This document shows, one piece after another, positions 52,178 to 64,000 of a stretch of 64,000 nucleotides of DNA. Location of the stretch: the NCBI RefSeq assembly GCF_902713615.1, contig NC_052172.1, positions 186,001 through 250,000 of the forward strand. The letters are read 5' to 3'. The notes beneath the pieces were generated by a model, which saw only the letters and a program-made list of their open reading frames with translations, was not told the DNA's origin and did not search any database. The stretch comes from Scyliorhinus canicula (lineage: Eukaryota). Within the stretch, counting starts at the first letter, position 1. Every line of letters begins with the position of its first letter. A program made the translations under genes and the position numbers.

Positions 52178-52330
52178 TAAATAGACAGAGCCTCACATCT
52201 ATGCTAATGAGGAATGGGGAAAGGAATGATTGTGATTGGACAATGTGAAAATGAGACCAGCCAGTTATGTTCTGTTTATTTTATTGGATATCTGAACAGA
52301 CCAATCAGATTTAGGATTTTCCACCAATCA
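52178..52330 (-). promoter_or_regulatory. Displaced H2B promoter (TATA copy, octamer variant, CCAAT boxes)
   Basis: ATGCTAAT at 52201-52208, ATTGG at ~52235 and ~52283. Confidence 0.8.
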
Positions 52331-52395
52331 GTAACCTCCTTACGACAAACAGCAAATGCATTTCAGAAAGAATGTCTCCAGTTCAAGTTTGTCAG

Positions 52396-52530
52396 TTACT
52401 CACTCTGATACAGTGTGTAAGTGTGGGATTTACTCACTCTCTGATGCAGTGTGAGTGTGGGATTTACTCACTCTCTGTTGCAGTGTGTGAGTATGGAATT
52501 TACTGACACTCTGATACAGTGTGTGAGTGT
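52396..52530 (-). repeat. Short array of the 36-bp minisatellite
   Basis: Reverse complement of the 3380 family, ~4 units. Confidence 0.88.
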
Positions 52531-52989
52531 CGGGGTGAACCGGCTTTCTAATCTGTGATTGGAGATATTAATCTAGTATTTCATTTCTACTAGCTTCATG
52601 TCAATTTTATTTTGCGTGCCATCATTTGGTGACTATCTTATTCTATTTTTGTCATATTCGTACCGTAGTAAATGCTGGCTGCACTTTTAATTTGTCAATT
52701 TATTATGTGTCAATTTGGGTTTACCTGTATTTCCAATGTAGAAGGAAACACCTTACACTTTATCTGTAATTTGTGGACAGTGAATGGGATCACTGCAAAC
52801 CCATTACAGTCTCATATGGGATGGTTTTGCTCATTTAATATTGAGCTGTCAGTTTCCAGTTTGTGAATCAGTATTTTCTGCTGTACAGCTGTCTCATTGT
52901 CTATTTTCTCTCCACAGGTTAGTTCTGCCATGGATGGAAAGTCGTTTTTCTCCTGTACCTGTTAAATACGGGAAGTGAATGTGTATTAA

Positions 52990-53320
52990 GGGCAGCACGG
53001 TAGCATTGTGAGAGCTACAATCCCGGGTTTCAGGTTCGATTCCCGGCTTCGGTCACTGTCTGTGCGGAGTCTGCACATCCTCCCCGTGTGTGTGTGGGTT
53101 TCCTCTGTGTGCTACGGTTTCCTCCCACAGTCCAAAGATGTGCAGGTTAGGGGGATTGGCCATGCTAAATTGTCCTTAGTGTCCAAAATTGCCCTTAATG
53201 TTGGGTGGAGTTACTGGGTTATGGGGATAGGGTGGAGGTGTGGACCTTGGGTAGGGTGTTCTTTACAGGAGCCGGTGCGGACTCGATGGGCCGAATAGCC
53301 TCCTTCGGCACTGTAAATTC
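52990..53320 (+). mobile_element. HE1-like SINE
   Basis: GGGCAGCACGGTAGC head and full body. Confidence 0.88.
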
Positions 53321-53829
53321 TAAGTCTCTGTCAGTTTCCTTTATGTAACAAGGCATTTTAATCTTCAGTTTTCTGTTCCCAATGTCAGAATGGTGGTTCT
53401 GCGCATGTGTCAGTTACTACAACACAATGGAGGTTTACTTGATGCCTGTTCTTTACTCTGCTAATTGAATGTGGAATTTACTCTGAATATTTCAGTCAGG
53501 GAATGTGGATGTTGTGATAACTCAGTATCTGCATCTGTTTTTGAATGTTTGTTTTATTTACCCTATCAGTTACTGGGATGCAACTGTGGGGTTTTTGTGT
53601 GTTTGCATGTTTATTGTTGGTGTGTTCTTTGTTGTGCCCTTGTTCTATCGATGTAGTTTCGGCAGACAGGCTACGAAGGTGAAAGAAGGCAGTCCACAGC
53701 CACTTTAAACACAGCTATTAGGAAGTTACTTTTTGATAATGCCCACATTCAAACAACATATATACTAAAACCAATAGTGGTCTGTATATGAAATTTGTTT
53801 ATCCAGTATCGGCTCACCACTGGGCCACA

Positions 53830-54008
53830 GGGGCTGGTTTAGCTCACAAGGCTAAATCGCTGGCTTTTAAAGCAGACCAAGCAGGCCAGCAGCACGTTTC
53901 GATTCCCGTACCAGCCTCCCCGGGCAGGCGCCGGAATGTGGCGACTAGGGGCTTTTCACAGTAACTTCATTGAAGCCTACTCGTGACAATAAGCGATTTT
54001 CATTTTCA
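53830..54008 (+). mobile_element. (TTTTCA)n-tailed SINE
   Basis: Family match. Confidence 0.85.
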
Positions 54009-57000
54009 CAATGTCAGTATCCAAGTCATTCAGCATCTATTATTCGCTGCAAATGAATTGTTCTGGTTTTTGTTTTCGATTCACCATTCTCTGATTCAGA
54101 ATGTGGGTTTTGCACTAATCCATAATCCCCTACATTCCTGTCTGGATCTGTCATTTTCTGGAATCTCGATATGGATATGATTCTTTGTAAGACTGTCTCT
54201 GAAAGCAATGCAACCATGTGACTCATACTGCAAATTCTTGTTTCCTCAGGTGCACTGGAGTGAAATTTCTCACATAACTGTCAATATCAGTCCAAAGATG
54301 TGCAGGTTGGGTGGATTAGCCATGATAAATTGCCCTTGGTGTCCAAACTTCCATGATAAAACTAGGACAAAAGTTCGGCACAACATCTTGGGCCAAAGGG
54401 GCTGTTCTGTGCTGTATTTCTCTCTCTCTATCATATGTTTTTTTTTCTTTGTGAATATGTAATTGATTCTTTACCTGACAATCTGCGAGAGGAAAGGATT
54501 GACTGTTAATTGTAAAGCTGGTGCTTTAATGTTCATGTGATTAATTCTGTGTTTAAATTAAAGTTTGTTTTAATATATTGGTCAGTGTCATCACTCCTGG
54601 GGACAAATTTCCTTTCCTCACAGTTTTACAAATTGAAAAAAATGTTTGCAGTTTGTCGTCCGGTGTCCTAACAAAAGTTGGGGTGTGATCCGATACACTA
54701 ACAACAGCTCATTGTGAGGATGCCACGGAAAGTGAGTGTGAGTTTGACATTTCATCAGCAGTCTTCATTCTTTGTCAAATATCTCTGTGCCGGATTTATC
54801 CTGTATGTATCAGTCTCCGGTACAGTATGTCATTACTGTTTCCCTTCTTGATCTGTCATAGATGGTACGGTGCAGGAAAGTAGGATTTTCACAGCAACAT
54901 CCTCTCTGATACCTATATCTTTTAAGAAAGTTGATTGTCGTTCTTCTAACTATAATTGTATTAGGTCCAACTTCCCATAAGTGAGCCGAGACTGTATATG
55001 TCACTGTCTATTGTACTCTGTTTCCCAGAGTTTCTGATACATAGATTCTGGGTTTGTGCTGCAACCTTATGTTTCTGCAAAGGGTAGATATTAATCTCTA
55101 TTTCTTTAAATAGATTAATGGAAGCATGTTTATACTCATAAAGCTGTCAGTATGTGGTATATCTGTCCCGCTATTAACTGAGAATGTCCACTGCTGCCAT
55201 GTGAGTGTTGTTTTCACTCTGTATATTCCAGTGAATTGGAACATTGTGTTATATCGTGCATCTATCACAGTTTTCAGTGTGACTCTATGTGTTAAGATGT
55301 TCACCTCAGTCTCTCATAGCTCAGTATCTTATTCTGTTTTATCTACTCATTTGAGTTCCTGAAAACATTAAAGTAAACTATTCCATCTTTTTAAATTTCT
55401 GATTCATTAAGACATAGTTTTCTCTACTCCTATCCATTCTGATGTGACAAAATTGAATAATTGTGCACTTTTCTGTCACAAGTATATGAATATATTGTCT
55501 GCGTCTTTTGGTTTCTGAAAAGTAATTGTCACGTTTTAAATTTATTACAAGTGTGTTTTTGGTAAGCGAATGTGGATTATGATCTGCACCTCCTCTTTTC
55601 AGGTATATGATGTCACCTTCATGTTTATTCTGTATATTTGAGCTGTACATCGAGTTTATTCTGTACATTTGAGCTGTACATTGAGTTAATGTACAATTTT
55701 TAATTTACAAATTGAAAAAGATGTTTGCTTTTTCTTGTCCGGTATCGAAAAAAAAGTTGGGGTGTGGTCCGATACACAAACAACAGCTCATTGCGAGGTT
55801 GCCACTGATAGTGAGTGTGAATTTGACATTTCATCAGCAGTTTTCATTCTTTGCCAAAACTTCGGTGCCAGATTTATCCTGTATGTATCAGTCTCCGGTA
55901 CTTTGAGAATCTATGTGAATATTCCCCATTTCACTGTCATCAAATATAGAGCAAAATCTCCTATAGAGCCAGTGTTGGGGGGGGGGGGGGGGGGTGTCTG
56001 TGTGTGGTCCTGGGGTGCAACTGGCCCTGCGCCCCAGGGGTCATCCAATCACCTTTGTAGCTGTGTGTTTGTCCCAATGAGATATTCAATTTGCAGTCAT
56101 TGTCTGCAGCTTGTTCGTTATTACACTGTCACTCAGCCACTGAAACTCACACTTTCTGCAAACTAACATTTCACTGATTCACTTCATTATCACCCATTTC
56201 CAATTTCAAAGTGAATTCGATTTGTACAATCAACTGCTTTACTTACTGATCTAATTTTGCACACACTCCTGGTTTAGCATATTCCTAGTTTTCTCACTCT
56301 CCTGGTTTCCACAGCCCCTGGTTTATACATTTGCCTGGTTTAACACACACCCCTGCTCACACACTCTGGTTCTTCACACACACGGCTATTTGTTATCATA
56401 TCCGGGAATTAAATACTGTGCTGTTTTACACACTACCCCTGGTTCACTCACTCCCCTGGTTCACTCACTCCCCTGTAATAGAATTACATAAACTGTGAGT
56501 CTGTACAGTCAGGAATGTGTGTACAACCAATGGATTGTGCAATGCCATGGGTGCAAGTGTGTTAACAAGGACAGTGTGAAAAAGTAAGTGATTGTGCAAG
56601 CTGGGTGTCTGTGAACCGGGATTGTGTAAAACCTATAAAGTGTGTAAGTCGGGCAGTGTGCAAACCCAGTGATTGTACAACACACCTGGTATTGCAGCCT
56701 CAAATTTTAGGTGTGTGTGAGTAAAACCAGACGTATAAGAATGTTTAAGAGAGGATTGTGAAAACCTGACAATTACACAATATGAGTGTGTGTTTTTGTT
56801 GAAATGTGTAAACTTGCAGAGTGTGTAAAAGCAGGGGAATGTGTAAAGCCAAGCATAACAGAGGAGTGGGTAAACATGGGGAGTGTGTTAACTATTGGAA
56901 ATGTGTAAACCGGTGTCGTGTGTGGAACAGGGGAGTGTATTGAGCAGATGAGTGGGTTAACCAGGATAATGTGTAAACCATAGGACTGTGTAAAACAAGG

Positions 57001-57999
57001 AGAGTGTGCAAAACAAGGGGAATATGGAAACCTGTGAATGTGTGAAATGAGGGGAATTGGGAAAATGAGTTCTGAGTCTAAACAGAGGGGGCTGAGTTCA
57101 GAGGGGGTAGCTCACACGTGGAGGCTCTCCACTACAATCAAAAACACCTTCAAGTGCAACAATTGAAATATTTTGGAAAGTTCAGAACTTGGCATAAGGA
57201 GGCACTTACCAGAGTACAGGGGAAGAGAAAAAAAAGGTCTATTGGATGAGCAACTGAGGAATTGTAAGTGAAGACACAGTGCCAGCATAGTGGGCGGCTC
57301 CTCCACTGGTGCCGGCAGTTCGGGCTGATCAAAGGAGAACTCCGTCTTTTTGGAGGTGTGTTTTGCCCCTCTTCTTTTCTCCTCCCGTGGGTCTTTACTT
57401 CTCTCTGTCTCGTGGGGTCTCTCTCCCCTTGGTCCCTTTTGTCTCTCTCTCCCAACTGAAGCAGATACGTTTGTCACAGACTGCGGGCTGGGGCCGTGAC
57501 CACAGGAGAGGCGGGAGGGGTCCAGGCAAAAGCAGCGCATTGGCAAACCAACAATTGGGGAGGGGAGGGGGAGAAAAGAACCTCACCCCTCCTCCACCCC
57601 CCACAACACAACTGACTGACGAAGAGGCGGGAGATGGTGTCCCTATACGTGCAGACAAGGGCAAAAGGCGGAGGACCTAGTATCGGGCATGATGTGGAAA
57701 GAACATAGAGAAACCACAGAGATTGGGTGGGAGGACAGCGGGACAGTAACTCCCGGGAGGAGGGTCAGCACACTAACGGGAGAGCTAACGCCGGGAACAT
57801 GCAGCAGATAGAGGAAGCGGCTGTCTTCCAACTGGGGGGGGGGGGGGGGGGGCAGTGCCTGGCAGTGGGAGTGGGAACAAACAGCAGGTACGGAGAAGTA
57901 TAGGGGAAAAAGAGCTCGGGGAAAGGGGACAGAGGGGGAGGGAAAGGGAAAGGAGATGGGAGAGGGGGGACGGGAAAGGGGAGGTGATATGAAAAGGGA

Positions 58000-59225
58000 C
58001 CTCAAAACCTGGAATGTCAAGGGACTTATAGGCCCAGTGAAAAGATCCAGAGTCTTCACCCACCGAAGAAACATGAGAGCCAACATAGTCGTCCTCCAAG
58101 AGACACACCTGAGAGAGCAGGACCGGCTGTGGCTAAGGAAGGGCTGGGTGGGACAGACTTACCATTCCTGCCATGGGACGAGGGCCTGAGGGGTAGTGAT
58201 TCTGTTAAAGAACAGGACTATGTTTAAGGTGACGATGACGGTAACGGACCCAGGGGGGATGGTACGTCATGGTTGGACGGCGCACCGATAGTACTGTCAA
58301 CGTGAACACTCTCAACTGGAGAACGCAAAATTCATTAACAAGACAAAGGCAGAAATCCCCTACATAGCGACACACCGACTGATCATGGGTGGGGTGGGGG
58401 GGGGGGGGGGGGGGGGGGACTATAACTGTGTACAGGACACATGGACAGACAGCTCAAACCCCGGAACGGGGAAGACCTTGAACATGGCGAAGGAACCCGG
58501 TCGCTTTATGGGGCAGATGGGGGCGGTGGGAGGTTCACCCACCCAGGGCAGCAGGATTTCTCCTTGTTCTCACCAGTCCACAACATATACTTGAGGAGTC
58601 ACTTCTTTCTGGTTGGAAAATCGGTGCTCCCAGAGCTGGTCAAGGCGGAGTCTCCGTAATCGTAATCTCAGAACATGCTCCACATTATATGGATGTGAGG
58701 TTGGAGATGGGCAGTACCCAATGCCCCACATAGAGATTGGGCGCTGCCCTACTGGCCAACATGGCTTTCAGCGAGAGGGTATCACAGGCCATAGCGGAGT
58801 ATACGACAAACAACCAAAATGGGGAGGTCTCAGCCTCCATGTCTGGGAGGAGCTAAAGGCCATGATTGGAGGGGAAACTATTGCCTTTAAAGCACAAAGG
58901 GAGAGAGGAGAGAGTGGCTAGGCAGCAGTCGGCCCCAACAATAGAGCTCTTGGCAGAGAGGGAAAAGCAACAAATGGACTTTGACCTGCTCTCCACGAGT
59001 AAAGCAGTGCACAAACTCCACCAAGCACGGGGAACCCTATACAAAGACGGGGACAAAGCCAGCCGCCTGTTGGCACACCAGCAGAGAAGGCCAGCTGAGC
59101 AGCCAACAGAAAGATTGTGCAAATTTGGGACAGCAGAGGCACACTAGAAACAGACCCAAACAAGGTTAACAAGACCTTTGAGGACTTTTACCGGGGACTG
59201 CACACCTCAGATCCCCCAACAGGGG
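58000..59225 (+). mobile_element. Degenerate L1/Tx1 ORF2 endonuclease region (second copy ~61358-62550)
   Basis: TWNVKGL...LQETHL...GGDFN...WEELKA motifs, frameshifted. Confidence 0.8.
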
Positions 59226-60581
59226 AACATCGAAAAATACTGCACATAACAGGCCCTGCGGCCCACGATGTTGTACCGAACCTTTGTCCTAGATTAATCA
59301 TAGATTATCATAGAATTTACAGTGCAGAAGGAGGCCACTCGGCCCATCGAGTCTGCCCCAGCTCTTGGAAAGAGCACCCTACCCGGGGTCAACACCTCCA
59401 CCCTATCCCCATAACCCAGTAACCCCACCCAACACTGACGGCAATTTTGGACACCAAGGGCAATTTATCATGGCCAATCCACCTAACTGGCACATCTTTG
59501 GACTGTGGGAGAAAACCGGATCGGCACCCGGAGGAAACCCACGCACACACGGGATGGATGTGCAGACTCCACACAGACAGTGACCCAGCCGGGAATCCAA
59601 GGCGAAATCGAAACTGGGACCCTGGAGCTGTAAAGCAATTGTGCTCTCCACAATGCTACCGTGATGCCCTTAAGAATAAATTAATCTACACTCCATTATT
59701 CTACCATAATCCATGTACATATCCAATAGCCGCTTGAAGGTCCCTAATGTTGCCGACACAACTACTTCCATAGGCAGTACATTCCATGCCCCCACTACTC
59801 TCTGGGTAAAGAACCTACCTCAGACATCCCCCCTATATCTTCCACCATCCACCTTAGATTTATGTCCCCTTGTAATGGTTTGTTCCACCCGGGGAAAAGT
59901 CTCTGGCTGTCTACTCTATCTATTCCCCTGATCATCATATAAACCTCTATCAAGTTGCCCCTCATCCTTCTCCGTTCTAATGAGAAAAGGCCTAGCACCC
60001 TCAACCTTTCCTCGTAAGACCTACTCTCCATTCCAGGCAACATCCTGGTCAATCTCCTTTGCACCTTTTCCAAAACTTCCACATCCTTCCTAAAATGAGG
60101 TGACCAGAACTGCACACAGTACTCAGATGTGGCCTCACCAAGGTTTTGTACAGCTGCATCATCACCTCACGGCTCTTAAATTCAATTCCTCTGCCAATGA
60201 ACGCTAGCACACCATAGGCCTTCTTCACAGCTCTATCCACTTGAGTGGCAACTTTCAAAGGTCTCTGAACATAGGGGCTGGTTTAGCTCACTGGGCTAAA
60301 TCGCTGGCTTTTAAAGCACACCAAGCAGGCCAGCAGCACAGTTTGATTCCCGTACCAGCCTCCCCGGACAGGCGCCGGTATGTGGCGACTAGGGGCTTTT
60401 CACAGTAACTTAATTGAAGCCTACTCGTGACAATATGCGATTTTCATTTTTCATTTCATTTCAACATGGACCCCAAGATCTCTCTGCTCCTCAGCGTTGC
60501 CAAGAACCCGACCGTTAACCCTGTATTCCGCATTCACATTTCGCCTTCCAAAATGGACAACCTCACACTTGTCAGGGTTAA
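59225..60581 (-). mobile_element. CR1 3' fragment with nested HE1-like SINE (~59299-59669) and (TTTTCA)n SINE (60274-60462); second copy 62552-64000
   Basis: RT C-terminal motifs; TTAA and AACAT junction duplications. Confidence 0.85.
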
Positions 60582-63500
60582 TTTAACGTGGCCAATCCAC
60601 CTAACCTGCACATCTTTGGGTTGTTGTGGGGCGAAACCCACGCAGGCTAGGGGAGAATGTGCAAACTCCTCACAGACCCAGTGCCAGGATTCAAACCCAG
60701 GTCCTTAGCGCCGTAGGCATCGATGTACGAAAGCGGCGTTCACTTAAGAATGTTATATCCAGCCAGGCCTGGGTCACATACCAGGGCAAAAAATATTGTT
60801 TTTAAGGCCCCAACTGAAGCAGATACGTTTGTCACAGACTGCGGGCTGGGGCCGTGACCACAGGAGAGGCGGGAGGGGTCCAGGCGAAGAGCGGCAGCGC
60901 ATTGGCAAACCAACAATTGGGGAGGGGAGAGGGAGAAAAGAACCTCACCCCTCCTCCACCCCCCACAACACAACTGACTGACGAAGAGGCGGGAGATGGT
61001 GTCCCTATACGTGCAGACAAGGGCAAAAGGTGGAGGACCAAGTGTCGGGCATGATGTGGAAAGAACATACAGAACCCACAGAGATTGGGTGGAAGGACAG
61101 CGGGACAGTAACTCCCGGGAGGAGGGTCACCACACTAGCGGGAGAGCTAACGCCGGGAACATGCAGCAGATAGAGGCCGCGGCTGTCTTCCAACGGGGGG
61201 GGGGGGGGGGGGGGGGCAGTGCCTGGCAGGGGGGGTGAGAACAAACAGCAGGGACGGAGAAGTATTGGGGAAAAGGAGCTCGGGGAAGGGGGACAGAGGA
61301 AGGGAAAGAAGATGGGAGAGGGGGGACGGGAAGGGGAGGCGATGGGAAAAGGGACCTGGTAACCTGGAATGTCAAGGAACTTAAAGGCCCAGTGAAAAGA
61401 TCCAGAGTCTTCACCCACCGAAGAAACATGAGAGCCAACATAGTCCTCCTCCAAGAGACATACCTGAGAGAACAGGACCGGCTGTGGCTAAGGAAGGGCT
61501 GGGTGGGACAGACTTACCATTCCTGCCATGGGACGAGGGCCTGAGGGGTAGTGATTCTGTTAAAGAACAGGACTATGTTTAAGGTGACGATGACGGTAAC
61601 GGACCCAGGGGGATGGTACGTCATGGTTGGACTGTCAACGTGAACACTCTCAACTGGGACAGCGCAAAATTCATTAACAAGCCAAAGGCAGAAATCCCCT
61701 ACATAGCGACACACCGACTGATCATGGAGGGGGGTGGGGGGGACTTTAACTGTGTACAGGAAACATGGACAGACAGCTCAAACCCCGGAATGGGGAAGAC
61801 CTTGAACATGGCGAAGGAACCCGGTCGCTTCATGGGGCAGATGGGGGCGGTGGGAGGTTCACCCACCCAGGGCAGCAGGATTTCTCCTTGTTCTCACCAG
61901 TCCACAACATATACTTGAGGAGTCACTTCTTTCTGGTTGGAAAATCGGTGCTCCCAGGGCTGGTCAAGGCGGCGTCTCCGTAATCATAATCTCAGACCAT
62001 GCTCCACATTATATGGATGTGAGGTTGGAGATGGGCAGTACCCAATGCCCCACATAGAGGTTGGACGCTGCCCGACTGGCCAACATGGCTTTCAGCGAGA
62101 GGGTATCACAGGCCATAGCGGAGAATATGACAAACAACCAAAATGGGGAGGTCTCAGTCTCTGTGTCTGGGAGGAGCTAAAGGCCGTGATTGGAGGGGAA
62201 ACTATTGCCTTTAAAGCACAAAGGGAGAGAGGAGAGAGTGGTTAGGCAGCAGTCGGCCCCAACCAATAGAGCTCTTGGCAGAGATGGAAAAGCAACAAAT
62301 GGACTTTGACCTGCTCTCCACGAGTAAAGCAGTGCACCAACTCCACCAAGCATGGGGAACCCTATACAAAGACGGGGACAAAGCCAGCCGCCTGTTGGCA
62401 CACCAGCAGAGAAGGCCAGCTGAGCAGCCAACAGAAAGATTGTGCAAATTTGGGACAACAGAGGCACACTAGAAACAGACCCAAACAAGGTTAACAAGAC
62501 CTTTGAGGACTTTTACCGGTGACTGCACACCTCAAATCCCCCAACAGGGGAACATAGAACATAGAAAAATACAGCACAGAACAGGCCCTTCAGCCCACGA
62601 TGTTGTGCCGAACCTTTGTCCTAGATTAATCATAGATTATCATAGAATTTACAGTGCAGGAGGCCACTCGGCCCATCGAGTCTGCACCGGCTCTTGGGAA
62701 GAGCACCCTACCCGAGGTCAACAACTCCACCCTATCCCCATAACCTAGTAAACCCACCCAACACTGACTGCAATTTTGGACACTAAGGGCAATTTATCAT
62801 GGCCAATCCACCTAACCTGCGCATCTTTCGACTGTGGGAGAAAACCGGAACATCCGGAGGAAACCCACGCACACACGGGGTGGATGTGCAGACCCCGCAC
62901 AGACAGTGACCCAAGGCGGAATCGAACCTGGGACCCTCTAGCTGTGACGCAATTGTGCTCACCACAATGCTACCGTGCTGCCCTTAAGAACAAATTAATC
63001 TACACTCCATTATTCTACCATAATCCATGTACCTATCCAATAGCCGCTTGAAGGTCCCTAATGTTGCCGACTCACCTACTTCCACAGGCAGTGCATTCCA
63101 TGCCCCCACTACTCTCTGGGTAAAGAACCTAACTCTGACATCCCCCCTGTATCTTCCACCATTCACCTTAAATTTATGTACCCTTGTAATGGTTTGTTCC
63201 ACCCGGGGAAAAAGTCTCTGACTGTCTACTCTATCTATTCCCCGATCATCTTATAAACATCTATCAAGTCGTCCCTCATCCTTCTCCGTTCTAATGAGAA
63301 AAGGCCTAGCACCCTCAACCTTTCCTCATAAGACCTACTCTCCATTCCAGGCAGCATCCTGGTAAATCTCCTTTGCACCTTTTCCAAAGCTTCCACATCC
63401 TTCCTAAAATGAGGTGACCAGAACAGCACACAGTACTCCAAATGTGGCCTCACCAAGGTTTTGTACAGCTGCATCATCACCTCACAGCTCTTAAATTCAA

Positions 63501-64000
63501 TCCCTCTGCCAATGAATGCGAGCACACCATAGGCCTTCTTCACAGCTCTATCCACTTGAGTGGCAACTTTCAAAGATCTCTGAACATAGGGGCTGGTTTA
63601 GCTCACTGGGCTAAATCGTTGGCTTTGAAAGCACACCAAGCAGGCCAGCAGAACAGTTTGATTCCCGTACCAGCCGCCCCGGACAAGCGCCGGTATGTGG
63701 CGACTAGGGGCTTTTCACAGTAACTTCATTGAAGCCTACTCCTGACAATATGCGATTTTCATTTATCATTTCATTTCAACATGGACCCCAAGATCTCTCT
63801 GCTCCACAGCATTGCCAAGATCCCTACCGTTAACCCGGTGTTCCGCATTCACATTTCTCCTTCCAAAATGGACAACCTCACACTTGTCAGGGTTAAACTC
63901 CATCTACCACTTCTCAGCCCAGCTCTGCATCCTATCTATGTCTCTTTGCAGTCGACAACAGCCCTCCTCACTATCCACAACTCCACCAATCTTCATATCA

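Larger units (their letters stand above)
57451..64000 (+). repeat. Tandem segmental duplication, period ~3358 bp (57451-~60581 and 60809-end)
   Basis: Both copies start CCCAACTGAAGCAGATACG and share the same nested elements. Confidence 0.93.

Overview
Vertebrate genomic DNA, very probably from a cartilaginous fish (shark/catshark), judged from HE1-type SINEs and CR1 LINEs sharing (TTCTATG)n tails. The window holds a replication-dependent histone cluster: 2 intact H4, 3 intact H2B and 1 intact H2A, each with a 3' stem-loop, plus a pseudo-H2B, a truncated H2A and an H1 tail fused to a Rex1-like LINE fragment; no H3 was seen. The histone genes lie largely in two diverged inverted arms (~3.4-12.5 kb and ~42.5-52.5 kb) around a tRNA gene/pseudogene cluster (iMet x2, Trp, intron-containing Arg-TCG, and decayed Gly/Leu/Ser/Lys/Pro/Trp copies). 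The rest is CR1, Rex1, L1/Tx1 and Penelope-like (PLE) elements, two SINE families, minisatellites and a 3.36-kb tandem duplication. The most striking signal is a young PLE family whose pLTR carries a minimal hammerhead ribozyme (HHR). Its three near-identical insertions each land in a promoter or promoter-like element: the H2B TATA box, the tRNA-Gly A-box, and an NRF1-motif region. Two form ~460-500 bp perfect hairpins, and one is only the 91-bp ribozyme end. All coordinates were read by eye and boundaries of old repeats are approximate.
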